Origin: Nymphaea colorata
Lineage: Eukaryota
Assembly: GCF_008831285.2 (NCBI RefSeq)
Contig: NC_045138.2
Span: 42,904,001 to 42,968,000, forward strand
Direction of reading: 5' to 3'
Length of the DNA: 64,000 bases
The notes under the pieces were generated by a model. That model made no database searches. It was not told the DNA's origin and was given only the letters and a program-made list of their open reading frames with translations. Made by a program: the position numbers and the translations under genes. Every line of letters starts with the position of its first letter. The stretch's first letter is position 1. Positions 1-13,499 of the stretch are shown here, in pieces.

Positions 1-1303
1 TCTAAGTGGAAGAGCCAACTAAGATGGTAAACCTGATAGGCCTTCAGTGTTCCTAATCCGAATATAGTCCTAAACGTTCTATAGGGGATTAATGGAGACT
101 AACTATGGATCAACCAATCCCACCGGTGCCGAGAGAGGTCGTTAAGAAACTGCAGCAAGGTCGGCCAGCAAGGGTTGCCGAAATGTCGTTAGAGTGCATA
201 TTACAAATTGAGAGGAAGAGTACATATCTGGAAGCAAGAGGAATCTTGGAGAGAACATGTATTACTTCAATAAGTGTGGGTTGGAAGAGAACTTCCAAAG
301 CGTCGCCAGATCTCGGTGATCAGGACCTGCGCGACCATGGAGTAGCATGGCAAGGTGATAAAGAGGCTTTTGGGGCAAGCGCAAATTAACTTGTATTACG
401 CTCCCCCCCCCCCACAAAAAAAAAAAAAAAAAAAAAAGGAAAGAAATTCTACACAAATGCTTAAGCACAGATAAAACACACTAATTATGTGGTTTTAGAT
501 ACGACTTCAGAAATAAGATATCCACGTTGCAATATGAACTGAAACCACAAGCCAAATAATAAATTTAACCAACCAAAGTATTGAATGTCAGATCCAGCTC
601 AGGGAATAGATGCTAACAAGAGAAATATTCATAGGAATTTAACTTTTATTGCTAACTTAAACAAGGTTCGAACAAGTACGACTGATAAAACAACAGTTTG
701 ACACACAAAAACTCAAATGCCTAACCACGCTTCAGGGAACAGCAACTCGAATATAAACACAAGGGATGATTAATATTGGGCCAAAATGGAATCCTGATAT
801 TAAAATCAACAATGCAAAGACAAAAGTTAGAAACTGAAAACCAAATCTTAAAAATGAGAGGCTTCAGCTTAACACACCTCAACTCGAACTGAATGAACCC
901 CAAATGACATGAGAATTTACCACAACATAGACAGGACACCAAAATATGAACGACAACAATAGGAGCACAATACTAGAACAAAAGAAACCAACAAATCCCA
1001 GCAAGACCGATAAGGGTTCAAGGATGTTTACTAATAGCTTAGAGATCCTTAAAAATATTAATATGTGAAGTATGACTTGAAAGGACACCTACATGGACAA
1101 CCTATCACATAGTGGGTCATGCCTTGATGGGTCTAGGACACAAAAGCAATTGGGAAAAATGCAGGAAATTGAATAAAATGCAAACTCTATGAAAAGGCAA
1201 TGCCTTGCTCTATATGGACAATATGACTTGAGTTGAGCAAAACTCTCATTTTGACTAGACAAAAGTGTTAGAACTGAATGTTTCCAAATACAACATATGT
1301 TCA

Positions 1304-1679
1304 TGTTGAATCATTGAATTACAATACAAGTCGCCACGGAATCATACTTAAAACCATCTCGATGCAAACAAGCTAGAATCTGGCTTACTTAGTATGTGGT
1401 TTTTCTCTAATGAAAAAAAAGGACCCTGAAAAATTCTTTTTTCTCTACATATGATCTAGGGGACTACTATCTTTTATATTAAGACTAATTTCACATTCAG
1501 CCAATAATAAAATCTAAAATTAAATATAGGTATGTACAAATGTAAAAATTATCATACACCATATGAAACAACAAAATCTCAAACTTAACAAATCACTTGA
1601 TGGATATTTCCCCTAAGATAACACATAATGTGTGAAATGACTATAACATATACAAGCCCACATATTAATGAATCTAACA
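1304..1679 (-). repeat. 3' LTR of the copia element (~376 bp)
   Basis: On the - strand it starts TGTTAG right after the PPT, contains TATAAAAG, and has a plausible ...GATTCAACA end at 1304. There is no second LTR to confirm that end. Confidence 0.6.
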
Positions 1680-1680
1680 A

Positions 1681-1690
1681 TCTCCCACTT
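1681..1690 (-). promoter_or_regulatory. Polypurine tract (PPT) of the copia element
   Basis: - strand AAGTGGGAGA, 1 nt before the TG LTR start. Confidence 0.75.
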
Positions 1691-2061
1691 TAGGCAAATA
1701 TGTTATTATGCAATCTTACATTATAAGAAAACTGTATGAGCTCTAATTGCTACCTTATTATATGTCATTTCTACAAAATCTTGCCCACGATCATATTAAC
1801 ATAGAACCAAAGTGGTTTCACTACATTTAGAATAGCTAGACCCATCAATCATGTATAGATGTGTAACTTGAGAATTATATGCATTGTGATCATAACATGT
1901 CTATTCTCAACTGGTCATGTTATAATTCCTTATGGAGATCAAAGATGCACATAAATATAAAGTGAAGCCAAAGAACTTTAAACTTTATTCTACAGAAACT
2001 GTAATGTATTTATTACATAAGAGCATTCAAAGATACAATCTCCCTCCAAACCATCATATCA

Positions 2062-5000
2062 TCAAGTGACAAAAAAAACCATGTGAACAACATGGTAGTG
2101 AAATACCTTGGGTGCTAAATCATTAGTGAGCGGATTCACAATCATGAAGCTTGTTCCAATATGCTCTAAAGACACATGACCATTTTGTGTCTTTTCTTTA
2201 ATAGCTAGAAACTTGATATTGATGTGCTTTGACTTTTTCAAACTATTATTAAAATATTGTACTACTAAATTATTGTCACAAAATATCTTTAGTGGTCGTT
2301 CAACACCGTTTAAAATTTGCAGCCCCATCATGTATGCCTCATAAAATGCTAGAATTATGCATTCGTGGTGGAAGTAGCTACTAATGTCAGCTTAACACTT
2401 TTCCATGATATATCTCCTTCAAACCAACAGATATACATAGCACAAAATAGATCTACAAATGCCTTTGATTTAGCAAAGTTAAATTTGAATACCCAATGAA
2501 CCCTAATGATCTGACTTCCTACATGTGAGTATGAATTTATTTGTTCTTTTGCAATTAATATATTACTTTTTTTTCTGCTCTCCAATGACCCATGACAACA
2601 TTATGTAGATATTTGCCCAACATCCCATTCATACAATATCTGGATAAGTATAAACCTGACCATGCATTAGATGCGTATGGAACCTTTTCCATCTCTTTAT
2701 ATTCAATTTCATTATTGAGGCACTGACTAAGACTGCATATGTCTTCTTTAGCAATCAGGGTATCTTGTGGCTTACAAGCTTTCATAACATATCTTTGAAG
2801 TGCCATATCAAAGTAGGTCTTTTATGACAATCTAATCTAAGTTTTTTTTTTTGTTGCACTATATACATCATTTCATCAATGTTGTCATTGAGAACGTTCT
2901 TTTACCATCCATCTAATGTAGCTTTAGATCAAAATAATAAATTAGTATCATAATAATCTTAAAAGTGTCCTTCGCTGAAACGAGAGAGAAAGTCTCTATA
3001 TAAGTAATGTATTCATGAGTAAAGCTATTTGCCACAAGACCTGATTTATACATTTTGATGTTGCTTAATGAAAACTTCTTGATTTTAAATATGCATTTGC
3101 AACTAATCAGCTTCATACCTTCAGGTAATGAGAAAATGTATCACACATCATTATCTATCATTGACTTAGTTTTCTCATTCATTATATCTATCTACATATG
3201 AGATTTGGAAGTTTGTATTCCTTGTTGGAAGTTGATAAGATCATCTTTTATTAAGCCAATATTAGCCTCACGTTCCTAAAGATAGACAACACAAACATCT
3301 ATAATTGCTCTCCTCCTTTTTCTAGTAAATCTCCTTAGTGGCACCTTTACTTGATTTTGTTGAGGTTGTTGAGTTTGTTCCAGTTGTTTGAACATGAAAA
3401 TCTTCATTATTACCTACATCTGAATTTGTTGATGGGAAGATACTAAGAATAAAAATTTGACTACTGCCTACAACATCTACATGATGAGACTCTGGTTCTT
3501 CTTTCAAGACAATATTTCTAACCTTATCACGTTTCCAAACTCAATATGCTCAAAGAAATGAGCATTTCTATTTTCAAAAAATCGCTTATTAGTTAGGTCA
3601 CAAAATTTTATAACCCTCGAACTTCTCAGAGTACCCAACAACATAACAACTATCCTATAATCTAGTTTTTTTTTTATTCAACCTATGTGGTTTGCATCAG
3701 TTGGACATCTCCAAATATGAAAGTGTTTTAGACTAGGTTTCTTGTCCATCCACAATTCATATGGTGTTTTGGGTACTTCTTTAGTTGGTATTTTGTTTTA
3801 AATATAAGTTGTAGTCCCTAATGCTTCTTCCTAGAGGGACTCAGACAAGGTAAAGTAATTAATCATACTCTTTAACATATCTATAAAAGTAATGTTTCAT
3901 CTCCCAGCTACACCATTCATTCTGGGAGTACCCAACATTAAGGAACTATACCATATACTTTTGACAATTTAGCAAGCAACCTTGGACGTTTTTCATATAA
4001 TGCATTAAATCGAACATAATACTCACCACCATGGTCAGATCTAACAGCCTTAATTCTCTAACCTAGTTGGTTTTCAATTTTGTACTTAAACTATTTGAAC
4101 ATGTCTAAGGATTGAGACTTTTCATGAATTAGGTGTAAGCAACCTTAATGAGAATAATTATTCATGAATGCGATAATATATTGTTAACTATTTTAACAAA
4201 CTATTGGGAATGAACCACAAGTATAAGTATTAATAAGTTCTAAGACATATGAAGCTTGATTGACACCCATTTTCTTAATTATTCATTTTTCCTTTATGCA
4301 CTCAATGCAAACATGAAAGCGCAAAATCAAGAGAATCAAGAATTCCATTTGATATAATACTTTTAATCTCTTTTCAGATATATGACCTACGTGTTTATGC
4401 TATATAACATAGTAGAATTCTGATTGGCTAATTTTCAGTTAGTATCATAAGTCTTAACAGGCAAGGTTTCATAATATGAAATGACTATATCAAACAAATA
4501 CATATTTCTGCTACCAGATAAATAATTAGTGCCAATCAAATTGGAATTTAGAAACAACTTAAATTTATTATCTCCAATTAAACAATGATAACCAAATTTG
4601 TCCAATAAGAAAAATAGAAACTAAGTTCTATTTAAAAGACATAAGTTTCTTAATAATACAAATAATATATAGTCCTCAATAATTACCACAAATCTGCCAT
4701 AGCTTTAACATCCACTCTTTTGCCATTACCCACATAGATGAATCTTTCAGCATTGTTTGGTGGTCGGCAATTTAGACAACCTTACGTTATGTGAGTAGTA
4801 GCATTTGAATCTATCTACAAAGTGTGATGGGGTACTGAATTTAAATTAACTTCAAAACAAATCAAAGTAAGAATTACACATTTTTCTCATGCTATGCATG
4901 ATATTTGGTACAGTCCTTCTTTATATAATCTTCACCCTTATAGAAGAAGCAACCCGATTAGCCTTCCTTAGGGTTCTTCTATTTCTTAATGATCGAAGAG

Positions 5001-5690
5001 TCAACTATAATTTCCTTAACTATTTTTTTTTTCTTTTTTAGGTGTAGTAGTCAAATGAGCACTTTCTGTCTTGTCCTTCCTCAATCTCTCATTCTCATCT
5101 ACATAGTGCAAAATGTGCTCACTAAGAATCTGCTTCTCCATTTGACTGTTGTAACTAATTTTAAAATGTCCAATACTATGGTGTAAAGGATTGGAAAACC
5201 ATATGAACTATTAAGTCCTTAGGTAAGTTTTGACTTAGTGTTTTTAACTTTAAAGTAAGATGAGACACCTTCATGATGTGCTCCCTCATGTTTCCTTTGT
5301 ATTGATATTTTAATGCAACAAATTTACTTGGATGAATACTTGTTTCAGCCTACTCTTTTTTTGCAAGATGCTTTTGAACTTTTATTGAGGAACATTTTGG
5401 CACTAACCTCTATAGAAATAGTGCTCCTGAAGTTTTTTGGGATAGACTTTTTCATGATCATGAGACTCACATGATTGGAATGCTCCCACTACTCAAAGTT
5501 TTGCTTGTCCTCATGAGAACTTTCATTCATTAGAGCAGGTGCACACTCCTTATGCACAAACTCCAGATAATACAACCTAGAACAACTATCACTTTATTTC
5601 TTTCCAAATATTGAAAATTTAAACCATTTAACTTAGTAATAGAACTCAAATTTGTATGTATCATTGAAGTAGAAGAATTCATTATACAAC
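2062..5690 (-). pseudogene. Copia gag-pol polyprotein, many stops and frameshifts
   Basis: gag KLNGLNF and WEHSNHVSLMIMK (~5640-5450); decayed zinc knuckle GCFFY (~4950); protease IDSNATTH (~4810); integrase AVRSDHGGEYY (~4040); RT ETFSLVSAKDTFKIIM..FDLKLH (2913-3116); RNase H KIFCDN..KSKHINIKFLAIKE (2062-2331). Confidence 0.92.
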
Positions 5691-5759
5691 ATACCAAATA
5701 TGCTCACAATTAATACACATACACAAATGACATCATGAACAAAACCAAAACAATGGTCG

Positions 5760-8700
5760 AAATTGCACTACGTATGTAGAACAATAAAGGGTCTCAACAA
5801 TGAAAGGACAATGGGAAAAGGCTGAGGAACAACCTCAATGCTCACGACCAGTTGAAGAACGGGCAACAACTACAACCCTCTACATTCCTTCAAATGTACC
5901 TATTCTTGATTTCATCATTGCTTCAGTTCAGCACCACCAAACCTTGGAGGGGATCTTGAGTAAAATAAAGCTTAAATCTAGCACTACCCCCAAAAACTCT
6001 AGCACATATAGTGAATTTAGTGACAGCCAACAAGCCAATCACTTTTTTTAGATGATGATATGTCTAAGCAACATCAATTGCACAATAGTGTATTATACAT
6101 TGTGGTACATGCTAATGGGATGACAGTCCCAGACATGCTGATAGATAGGGCAATAGTGTAAACATTTGCTCTGACATGATGACCAAGGCACTAGGGTTAA
6201 AAGAGGAAGATTTTCCCCAAATGATATGTCAATCTATGGCTCTTATTGTAGCTGCCAGTCAGTAAAGGGACAATCTACTTGGATCTCCCTATCAATTGCG
6301 CAACCCATGTTATGTTCTTTTATGTGGTCAATATCCATCCCTCATACAATTTACTTTTGGGCTGTTTATGGATACATAAAGCAAACATTGTGCCTTCCAG
6401 CCTATACCGATGTGTCAAATGGAGTCATGAAGGATTCATTACCACCATCATGGTAGACAACCTAGAAGAGAGATAACTCCAAACAATGATCCCAAGCCTG
6501 CATACATGGTCCAAGTTCAAAATGCACCAGCCTCAAGAAATTAATCTAGAAGATAGTTTCAAGAACCCAGTGATGGACGAACCCACTAATCAGGTAAACA
6601 CAGTCAAGGGGAAATGCCATAATTTATATATGGTATGAGGAAAGATCTGTATAACATTATACAAGGATCAACCATTATATGAACAGTTCTCAGAAAACTT
6701 AAAGGGGTTACACATGATGATTCATATGGGTTATAAACCCTATTAAGGGCTAAGTAGCTAACAAAGAAGGAAATATTGAGCCACCTGACAATAGAGCAGG
6801 TCAGAAGGTTATGACTGATCTAGGCTATAAGAGAAAAGCAACTGAGAAAAAGAAGAAGAAAAACAAGAAGAGACAAGCATGAAAATGACCTACCTTTGCT
6901 TTGCCTTCCCTGTTTTCTTGCAGTTTTCTTCCTTCCCCATAAATGTAGGGATGGTGGGGGTCTCTTTCTTTTGATTTTAATCAATAAAATATAATTTCAA
7001 CCCAAATTTGTGTCTCTCACTTCTCTTATTCTCTCATCTCATCTAGTGGTATTTTACAGCAACCACTATGACATTTCATCCTGTTCAGAGACTTATACTT
7101 GACTCCAAGTTTCAGTTGAACAGAGAAAATAAAGAAATTTAATGTAAAAAAGCAAGAGAAGCATACACTATGACTAGTACAAGCATAATAAGTACAAGTA
7201 CAAAAAGAATAAGTACCTGATATCTTTGAGTATCCAAAGATTTATAAAGATGACCAAACTTTAACCATGCTAAACAAGCTCACCAAAAAGGTAAACATCA
7301 GAACAAAGCAAGAACTACAAATTCTCCAAATAGGAACCACCTAAATTAAGAAAAGGAGGGACTACTCATCCAATTTCTCAAATACTACAAAGAGGTGTTT
7401 GTCTGGACTTAAGTGGATATGCTATGACTAGATGCCAAACTGGTAGAGCATAGATTAACATTAAATCTAGGAAGACGTCCAATGAAACAAAAACTCAAAA
7501 AGCTAGATGCTGAAGTAGAAGACAAAGTCAGAAAAAGGTCTGGAGGATATTCTCATAGCTAATTTATCAGAACCATTGACTACCCCAAATGGTTAGCAAA
7601 TATTGTCATCATGCCTAAGAATAATGGTGTGGACATAGTTTGTATTGATTTTTAAAACCTTAGCAAGGCTACTCCTAAGAATGATAATCCTCTAATGAAC
7701 ATAGACTTCCTCGTTGATAGTAGAGCTAGACATGGTAAGTTCTTTTTCATATATGGCCAGTCAAGATACAACCATATCAAGTTGGTTATTAGAGATCAGC
7801 CAAAGACATCCTTTATTATGCCTTGGGGATCATTCTATTATAAAGTCATGCCCTTTATATTGAAGAATACTGGAGCCATACACCAGAGAGTAATGGCAGT
7901 CATTTTTCATGACCAGATGCATGGATGCTTATATAGATGACATTATGGTCAAATTCAAAGCCCAAAGTATCATATCAAAATACTCAAACAACTCTCCAAT
8001 AGATTACTAGAATACTAGTTAAGATTGAACCCCTAGAAATGCATCTTTTGAGTAGAATCAAGAAAACTATTAGGGTATATGGTAAGCAAAAAAGGAATAG
8101 AGGTTGATCTTGCAAAGCTAGAGCTATTATTGACATGCTAGCACTTAGAAATCTCAAAGAGATAAGGAGCTTACCAACAAAATATTGACAATTAGACGAT
8201 TCATCTACAACCGTTATACTATTCATCTCCATCTTGGCCCTTCACTATGCACCATTCAACCGACTTCTCCAAAAAATGGGTAAAACATGTGGGGTCCACA
8301 ATGTCAATAGTATCTAGAGTGGATCAAATAGTACCTTCCTAATCCACCAATTTTTCAACCCTGGTTTTGGGACGACCATTAATATTGTACATCTCAGTAA
8401 ACAAAGTAGTTTATGAAGGATCCTTGGCACAATATGGGAAAGGTAGAAAGATTAAACATGCAATTTAAACATGAACAAAATCTTTGTTTAATATGAAAAT
8501 TATTCTACCATGGAAATACCTATTTAGCATTTATCTGAATTGACCAAAAGCTCCATCATGATCTATTCTATTGTGAAGTCAAGATGGTCTCTCATTAAAA
8601 TTTTCTCAAATACATCCTAGAACAGCCATTCCTTAGTGGTAGAATTGCCAAATGTTAAGTACTCTTCATGTAGCACGATTTGGAGTACTTCTTTCAAAAG

Positions 8701-9870
8701 TCCATAAAAGACAAACAATAATTGATCAATTGATCAACTTCCTTAAAGTAGAACTCAAGTCATATTGCAATTTTCTAGATGAGCAAGTCCTGCATGTGCA
8801 GGATTCTCTTCCAGCATGGATGCTAACTTTGACGGATCTAAGAACATGGCAGGAGTATGGATAGAAATCTTGCTAATTACCTAGAAAGAAAAATGATTCC
8901 TATGCTCTTGGACTGGAATTTGTTTATATGCACAACATGACATAATATGAAGCCCTGATCCACGGGCTAAAGATATGAGCTTTAATGTCAAAAGAATACA
9001 TGCTTATGGAGACCCCTTGCGTCTTGTAGACCATGTCAATAACGAGTGGAAAGACAAGGAACATGAGCTTTTACAATATTAGGAAGTCACAAAGGAACTA
9101 ATCAAGCAATAAGAAGAATTTCAGCTCTTCCATGTTAAAAGATAATTCACTCAATTCATGAATGAATTGGCCAGCTTGGCTTCGATCGTCACTTTCAAAA
9201 AGCTAGAACGACCTAAAGCCTTTGAAGTTAGACGATCCACTCAACTAGCTTATGAGCACATGAAACAAGTTAACCAAATTGAATCACAAGTAGTTTCTTG
9301 GTGCCAAAACATCAAAAACTACTTGAAGACAGGAGAATTTCTTCATGAAATGCCAAAAAGGAACAACAAGCAATACAAACAATATTAGCAAGGTATTTCA
9401 CCTTGATAAGAGTCTTATACAAGAGATGATTTAGTTTAGAATACTCCCAGTTCCTAGATAAGTATCACACATGAGAGGTCATTAAAGAAGCATGTTACGG
9501 AAGCCATGCTGGTTATCAAACACCAGCTAAGCGACTAATAATGGTAGGATATTATTGGCCAACAATACAACAGAGTTGTTATAAATAAGTAAAGAGATGT
9601 TTAAAATGCCAAATTTATGCAGAGTATATTCACACACTCGCTGCTTATTTATACTCAATTGTTTCACCATGGCCTTTTTCTATATGAGCATTTGATGTAG
9701 TGGGCCCCATCAATCCACATATATCAAATCCTCATGAGTACTTCATGACTGCAACCAAATATTTAACCAAGTGCATAGAAGGAGTTACCCTTAGAACAGT
9801 TACCTTTAGAACTGTGGAAGGTAGACATGTGACATACTTCATTCAAAAAGACATCCAACACACACTCCAC
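5760..9870 (+). pseudogene. Ogre/Tat-type Ty3/gypsy polyprotein fragment (gag end, PR, G-patch, RT, RH, aRH, INT N-half)
   Basis: FLDDDM..HNSVLYI and YNLLLGCLWIHKANIVPSSLY (Ogre-type protease region); RT IDYPKWLANIV and KTSFIMPWGSFYYKVMPFILKNTGA; aRH-like YEALIHGLK..AYGD; INT VGYYWPTI, SPWPFS and FDVVGPINP. Truncated at both ends. Confidence 0.9.
6700..6832 (+). other. G-patch motif downstream of the retroviral protease (decayed)
   Basis: Translates KGLHMMIHMGYKPY*GLS..KEG.IEP....GQK..TDLGY, matching the G-patch pattern GxxMMxxMGYxxGxGLG...GLGY. Confidence 0.75.
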
Positions 9871-9879
9871 ATTGGCTCA

Positions 9880-11050
9880 TTATGATTCAATTTTGTGAGC
9901 ATCTTTTTGTTACTGCAAGAATTGTCTAATGCAATGCTTTGAATGGTAGTCAATTATAAAAAATGGTCCCAGTAAAAGGCTTCCTTTGTCTAGATTGTAG
10001 GTATATTTGGACTCAGTGACTTCTCTATCAAAGTAGTCCTAAATGACAGTGAAATCATTCACTTCCTCTATCTTCCCATGGTAGTCTTTCATATTAGATT
10101 ACCAGCTATAGGTGCTTTGAAAATGACATGATTGTGACCCCATATGCTTATAGAATTATGATTACAATGCGAAGACACATCCTTTTATTGAGTTTGCATC
10201 CCAAATTGAAAATTTGGTTAATCCTCGATAGAGGAAAGTCAAGGATGCCATTGCTATAGATATACAATGGACTTTGGCATTCCTCCTTTTTTCAAGGAGA
10301 TGAACTATGCAAAATTTCATTACGTACTCTTCATTATTGAATAAGACGAGTTTACTGTGCAGGTCACCATGGAATTTTTGTACTTATCTGCAGCAATTAT
10401 GGAGAGTGATGTGGGATTGACATATTTTGAATATGATTCGTCAAGTTCATTCAACTAAAGGTATTGATGTCCATCTTTTTTTTAAAAGTGGCCAACTCCA
10501 TTTTCTCATGAGTTTGTGAATCACTTCTAGAGTTTTGACTTGACCTTGATTGACAAGGAATTTGTCTCAATTGGTCCTCTTGGTCACCTTCTAGCTTAGG
10601 CAAACCCATAATGTTTGAAAAATCATCTAGGGAGATTGTAATTACACCTCATATAAACCAAAATGTGTTGGTCATTAGGTTCCATCTTTCCACGATTTCA
10701 TGGATTAGATTGTCGTTAATAGGCTACATGACAAGATTGACTGCTTCTTTGAGACCATGATCTTCTAAGTGGTCCAGAAACATACCCCGAAAGGTTGGGT
10801 ACTATGAGAGATACCATTGAGATAGGTAGAATCCACTAGGGATGATGCGAAGTCCAGATCAACCATGACACAATCTGAAAAGGATATGGTCACATGAAAA
10901 AATGCTTTTTGAATTGATCTAGACAAAAGAAAGTTTTGATTAGATATTAACATGACCTTGCCCAATAGATAATTGTGAAGAGTTTGACATTGAATTTAGA
11001 TATGGAGTTGGAGACAAGGTAGGAAATTCCATCTCATACATCCAAGCAAA
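9880..11050 (-). pseudogene. Plant mobile domain (PMD, aminotransferase-like) extra ORF of an Ogre-like element
   Basis: - strand DNLIHEIVERWNLMTNTFWFI*GVITISLDDF (~10715-10620), matching the PMD motif ERWxxxTxTF...GEMTITLDD; later YWDHF (WDPF-like) at ~9970. Confidence 0.8.
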
Positions 11051-11690
11051 CAATTGAAGATAAATTAAATAATTGATAATGAATTTCCTAGGACTCTTGC
11101 CTAGATGCATCATTTAGAAAATTCGTGATAAATGGTTTGGTTGATCCTAATTTATCCAAAATTTAAGGTATGCCTATATACCAAATCTATGGTACTAGAA
11201 TAGACAACTCCAAGGATTTTCTAAATTTCAGCTCTCCAATTCCCCTTGTTCCCCCATCGATATATCAGAACCATTGTCTGCTTCGGTAATAATGGGGGGA
11301 CTTTTCAGTCCAATTGGTTGGTCGAGTTATAAGGCTATATCTTGGACTAATGTCATAGAAATAGCACAACAATGTGATCACTGGGACATGATAGAGGTAT
11401 GGATTGCTTTCAAAATTCATGAGTATATGAGAAATAGATGACTCAATTGCATACATTCTTAAGAGATAAATGTGAAAGTTTGAGAACATACGTGGGCTCT
11501 ATACAACTCCTAAATTAAGGAGGGGTAAGGTAAATTGTAAAACTAAGGGAGCATGCTCTCTCCTCAATTAGTTCGAAATGCACACAAATATGATGCCGAT
11601 AGGCATGCCCATGAGAGTTTCATGCAATTGATTTCTGACATTTAGAATGACTTGCATATGATCTAAGAAATCGTTAGACCGATGATGACA

Positions 11691-11708
11691 GATCCCACAG
11701 GGCTGCCA
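11691..11708 (-). promoter_or_regulatory. Primer binding site (probably tRNA-Arg type)
   Basis: - strand TGGCAGCCCTGTGGGATC, 2 nt after an LTR end ...GGGGTGCGAATA. It resembles the Tat/Ogre PBS TGGCACGCCCAGTGGGAC. Confidence 0.6.
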
Positions 11709-11710
11709 TC

Positions 11711-13370
11711 TATTCGCACCCCTCACATCTCCATTTTGTTGTAGAAGCAAGGAGTTATGCACAACAACAAAATTCATGGGTTTTGACGACAAATTCAAGA
11801 AAAAGGGATCCACCCATTGGTATGAGGTCCAACCATTCTTGTCACCTTTAACAAAAGTAATCCAACCAAGGACTAAGTGCTTCTCGGATCATGTACAGGT
11901 CATTTGATTGATGCAAATCCTATACGCTTATGCATAAAGGCTTTAGATTTAAAATTGAAAGTTTATTTTGAACTTGGTTTTGGACAAGCAATTTCGAGCT
12001 TGTTTTTGGCAAATTGGAGTAAATTTTGGACAAGTTGTTTGGAAAAGTAATTTGTCTTGAGAAGTTATTTGAAAATTCAACTTGTTTTAGAGAATTTGGG
12101 TAAATTCTTTTGCACAAAATTGAAAATTTTCCAAATTGGTTCAAATTGAAGAACATTATTTTGGTTGAAAATATATCAACTTGAATTGATTGTGATTGAG
12201 TGGAAATGAATTTGACCCATGATTCTGGAGATTTGACTCAATTTGGCAACTTGGATTGGAAAATTGAATAGAAAACTAAAATTTTGTTTGCAAAATCGAT
12301 GTTTGACTTCAAAAATTTTGGATTTTGAAGAATGAGATATATTTCTTTGTTGTGAACTTAAGATCATCTCATGATTTTGGATTCAAATTTTGAGTAAATT
12401 GAGATAAACTTGTGATCAAATTTTGAGAAGAATAGCTAGTAGAAAATGGATCAAATCTTGGACAAAAAATAGCTAACTAAACATAGCAAATATATTGATT
12501 TTGAAATATCTTTTTTTCCAAACCATGTGGTTAGGACCAAAAGACATCTAAGTGAAATTTTCAAAATCCTTGTTGCAACATGACTTGGTCACATTTTGCA
12601 ACTTTAAAATGGGTCACTTAATTTCTAAGGAGGGTGCACAATCACAATTTGATTTGGTATATTGAAATGCATGAAAGAAAAGAGAAACTATATGTGACAT
12701 TCTTCCCTCTCTTGTAATCTCTCAACATTAATTCAATGTGAACATTCACTTCATAATCCACACATAAATAAAGATTGTTTTTAATTGAAATGTATGACAT
12801 TCTTCAAATGCACTTAATATATTATTAAGCATGAATATTAGAGATGGAGCCGACAAGCTTAAGGCTTGACAAAAAAAATCTCAAAATGATGTCAAAATCA
12901 ATTTTAAAATAGATGGGAGACGCAGATACCATCTATTTTTATCTCAAAATAACATAAAATCATATTTTATACTGATTTAAATAGCTGAAAATTAGAAATG
13001 CTGATTTAAGAGAGTTTGGTTCTTAGAGAAGTGGTCAAATCATTGAAAATTTACATAACTCTTCATAAGTTGAGTTTTTAAATAAAAAAGAGGAATTCAT
13101 TTCTTGTAAATAGTCTCCCATTTCTACCAAACATGCAAGTTTGGTTTCAATTATGTGGTTTAGAAATCTTTCTTTTCTCAAACATATTTAAATTTCAGAT
13201 TTTATACCAAGGGAATCGTCAACTTGTTTGAACGATTTTAGCATAGTTAGTCTCCTCTTTTGGAGAAATGGAAATTGAGTTTTTAAATGAGATTTTGCAG
13301 TATTTTAGGATTAAATGAAATCAATAGCTCCTAAAAAAGTGCTTTTAGGGTGCTTGAAATGTTAAACGAG
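11711..13370 (-). repeat. 3' part of a long Ogre-like LTR (same family as 30504-34919)
   Basis: Colinear similarity to ~30540-32250 (e.g. 11805-12480 vs 30590-31220; 12550-13340 vs 31450-32240). It ends at the PBS. Confidence 0.75.
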
Positions 13371-13499
13371 ACAAGTTTGAGTAGTAAGAACTCAACTATT
13401 TTAAACTCGACTCAACTTGACTACATAATGAGTATTGAATTATAATGAGAAAATAGTTAAATGAGTAGTACCTAAATGAGCTAATGAGTTAAAATCTTT

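Larger units (their letters stand above)
1304..5750 (-). mobile_element. Ty1/copia LTR retrotransposon, degenerate, 5' LTR missing
   Basis: Copia domain order gag-PR-INT-RT-RH on the - strand, followed by a PPT and an LTR. The sequence switches abruptly to gypsy sequence at ~5755. Confidence 0.9.

Noticed and set aside
105..389. 94 aa ORF at the window start
   Set aside because: No recognisable domain and no support for a gene; probably TE-derived.
13370..13497. ACTC/GAGT-rich quasi-inverted patch, possibly a MITE
   Set aside because: No definable TIRs or TSD.
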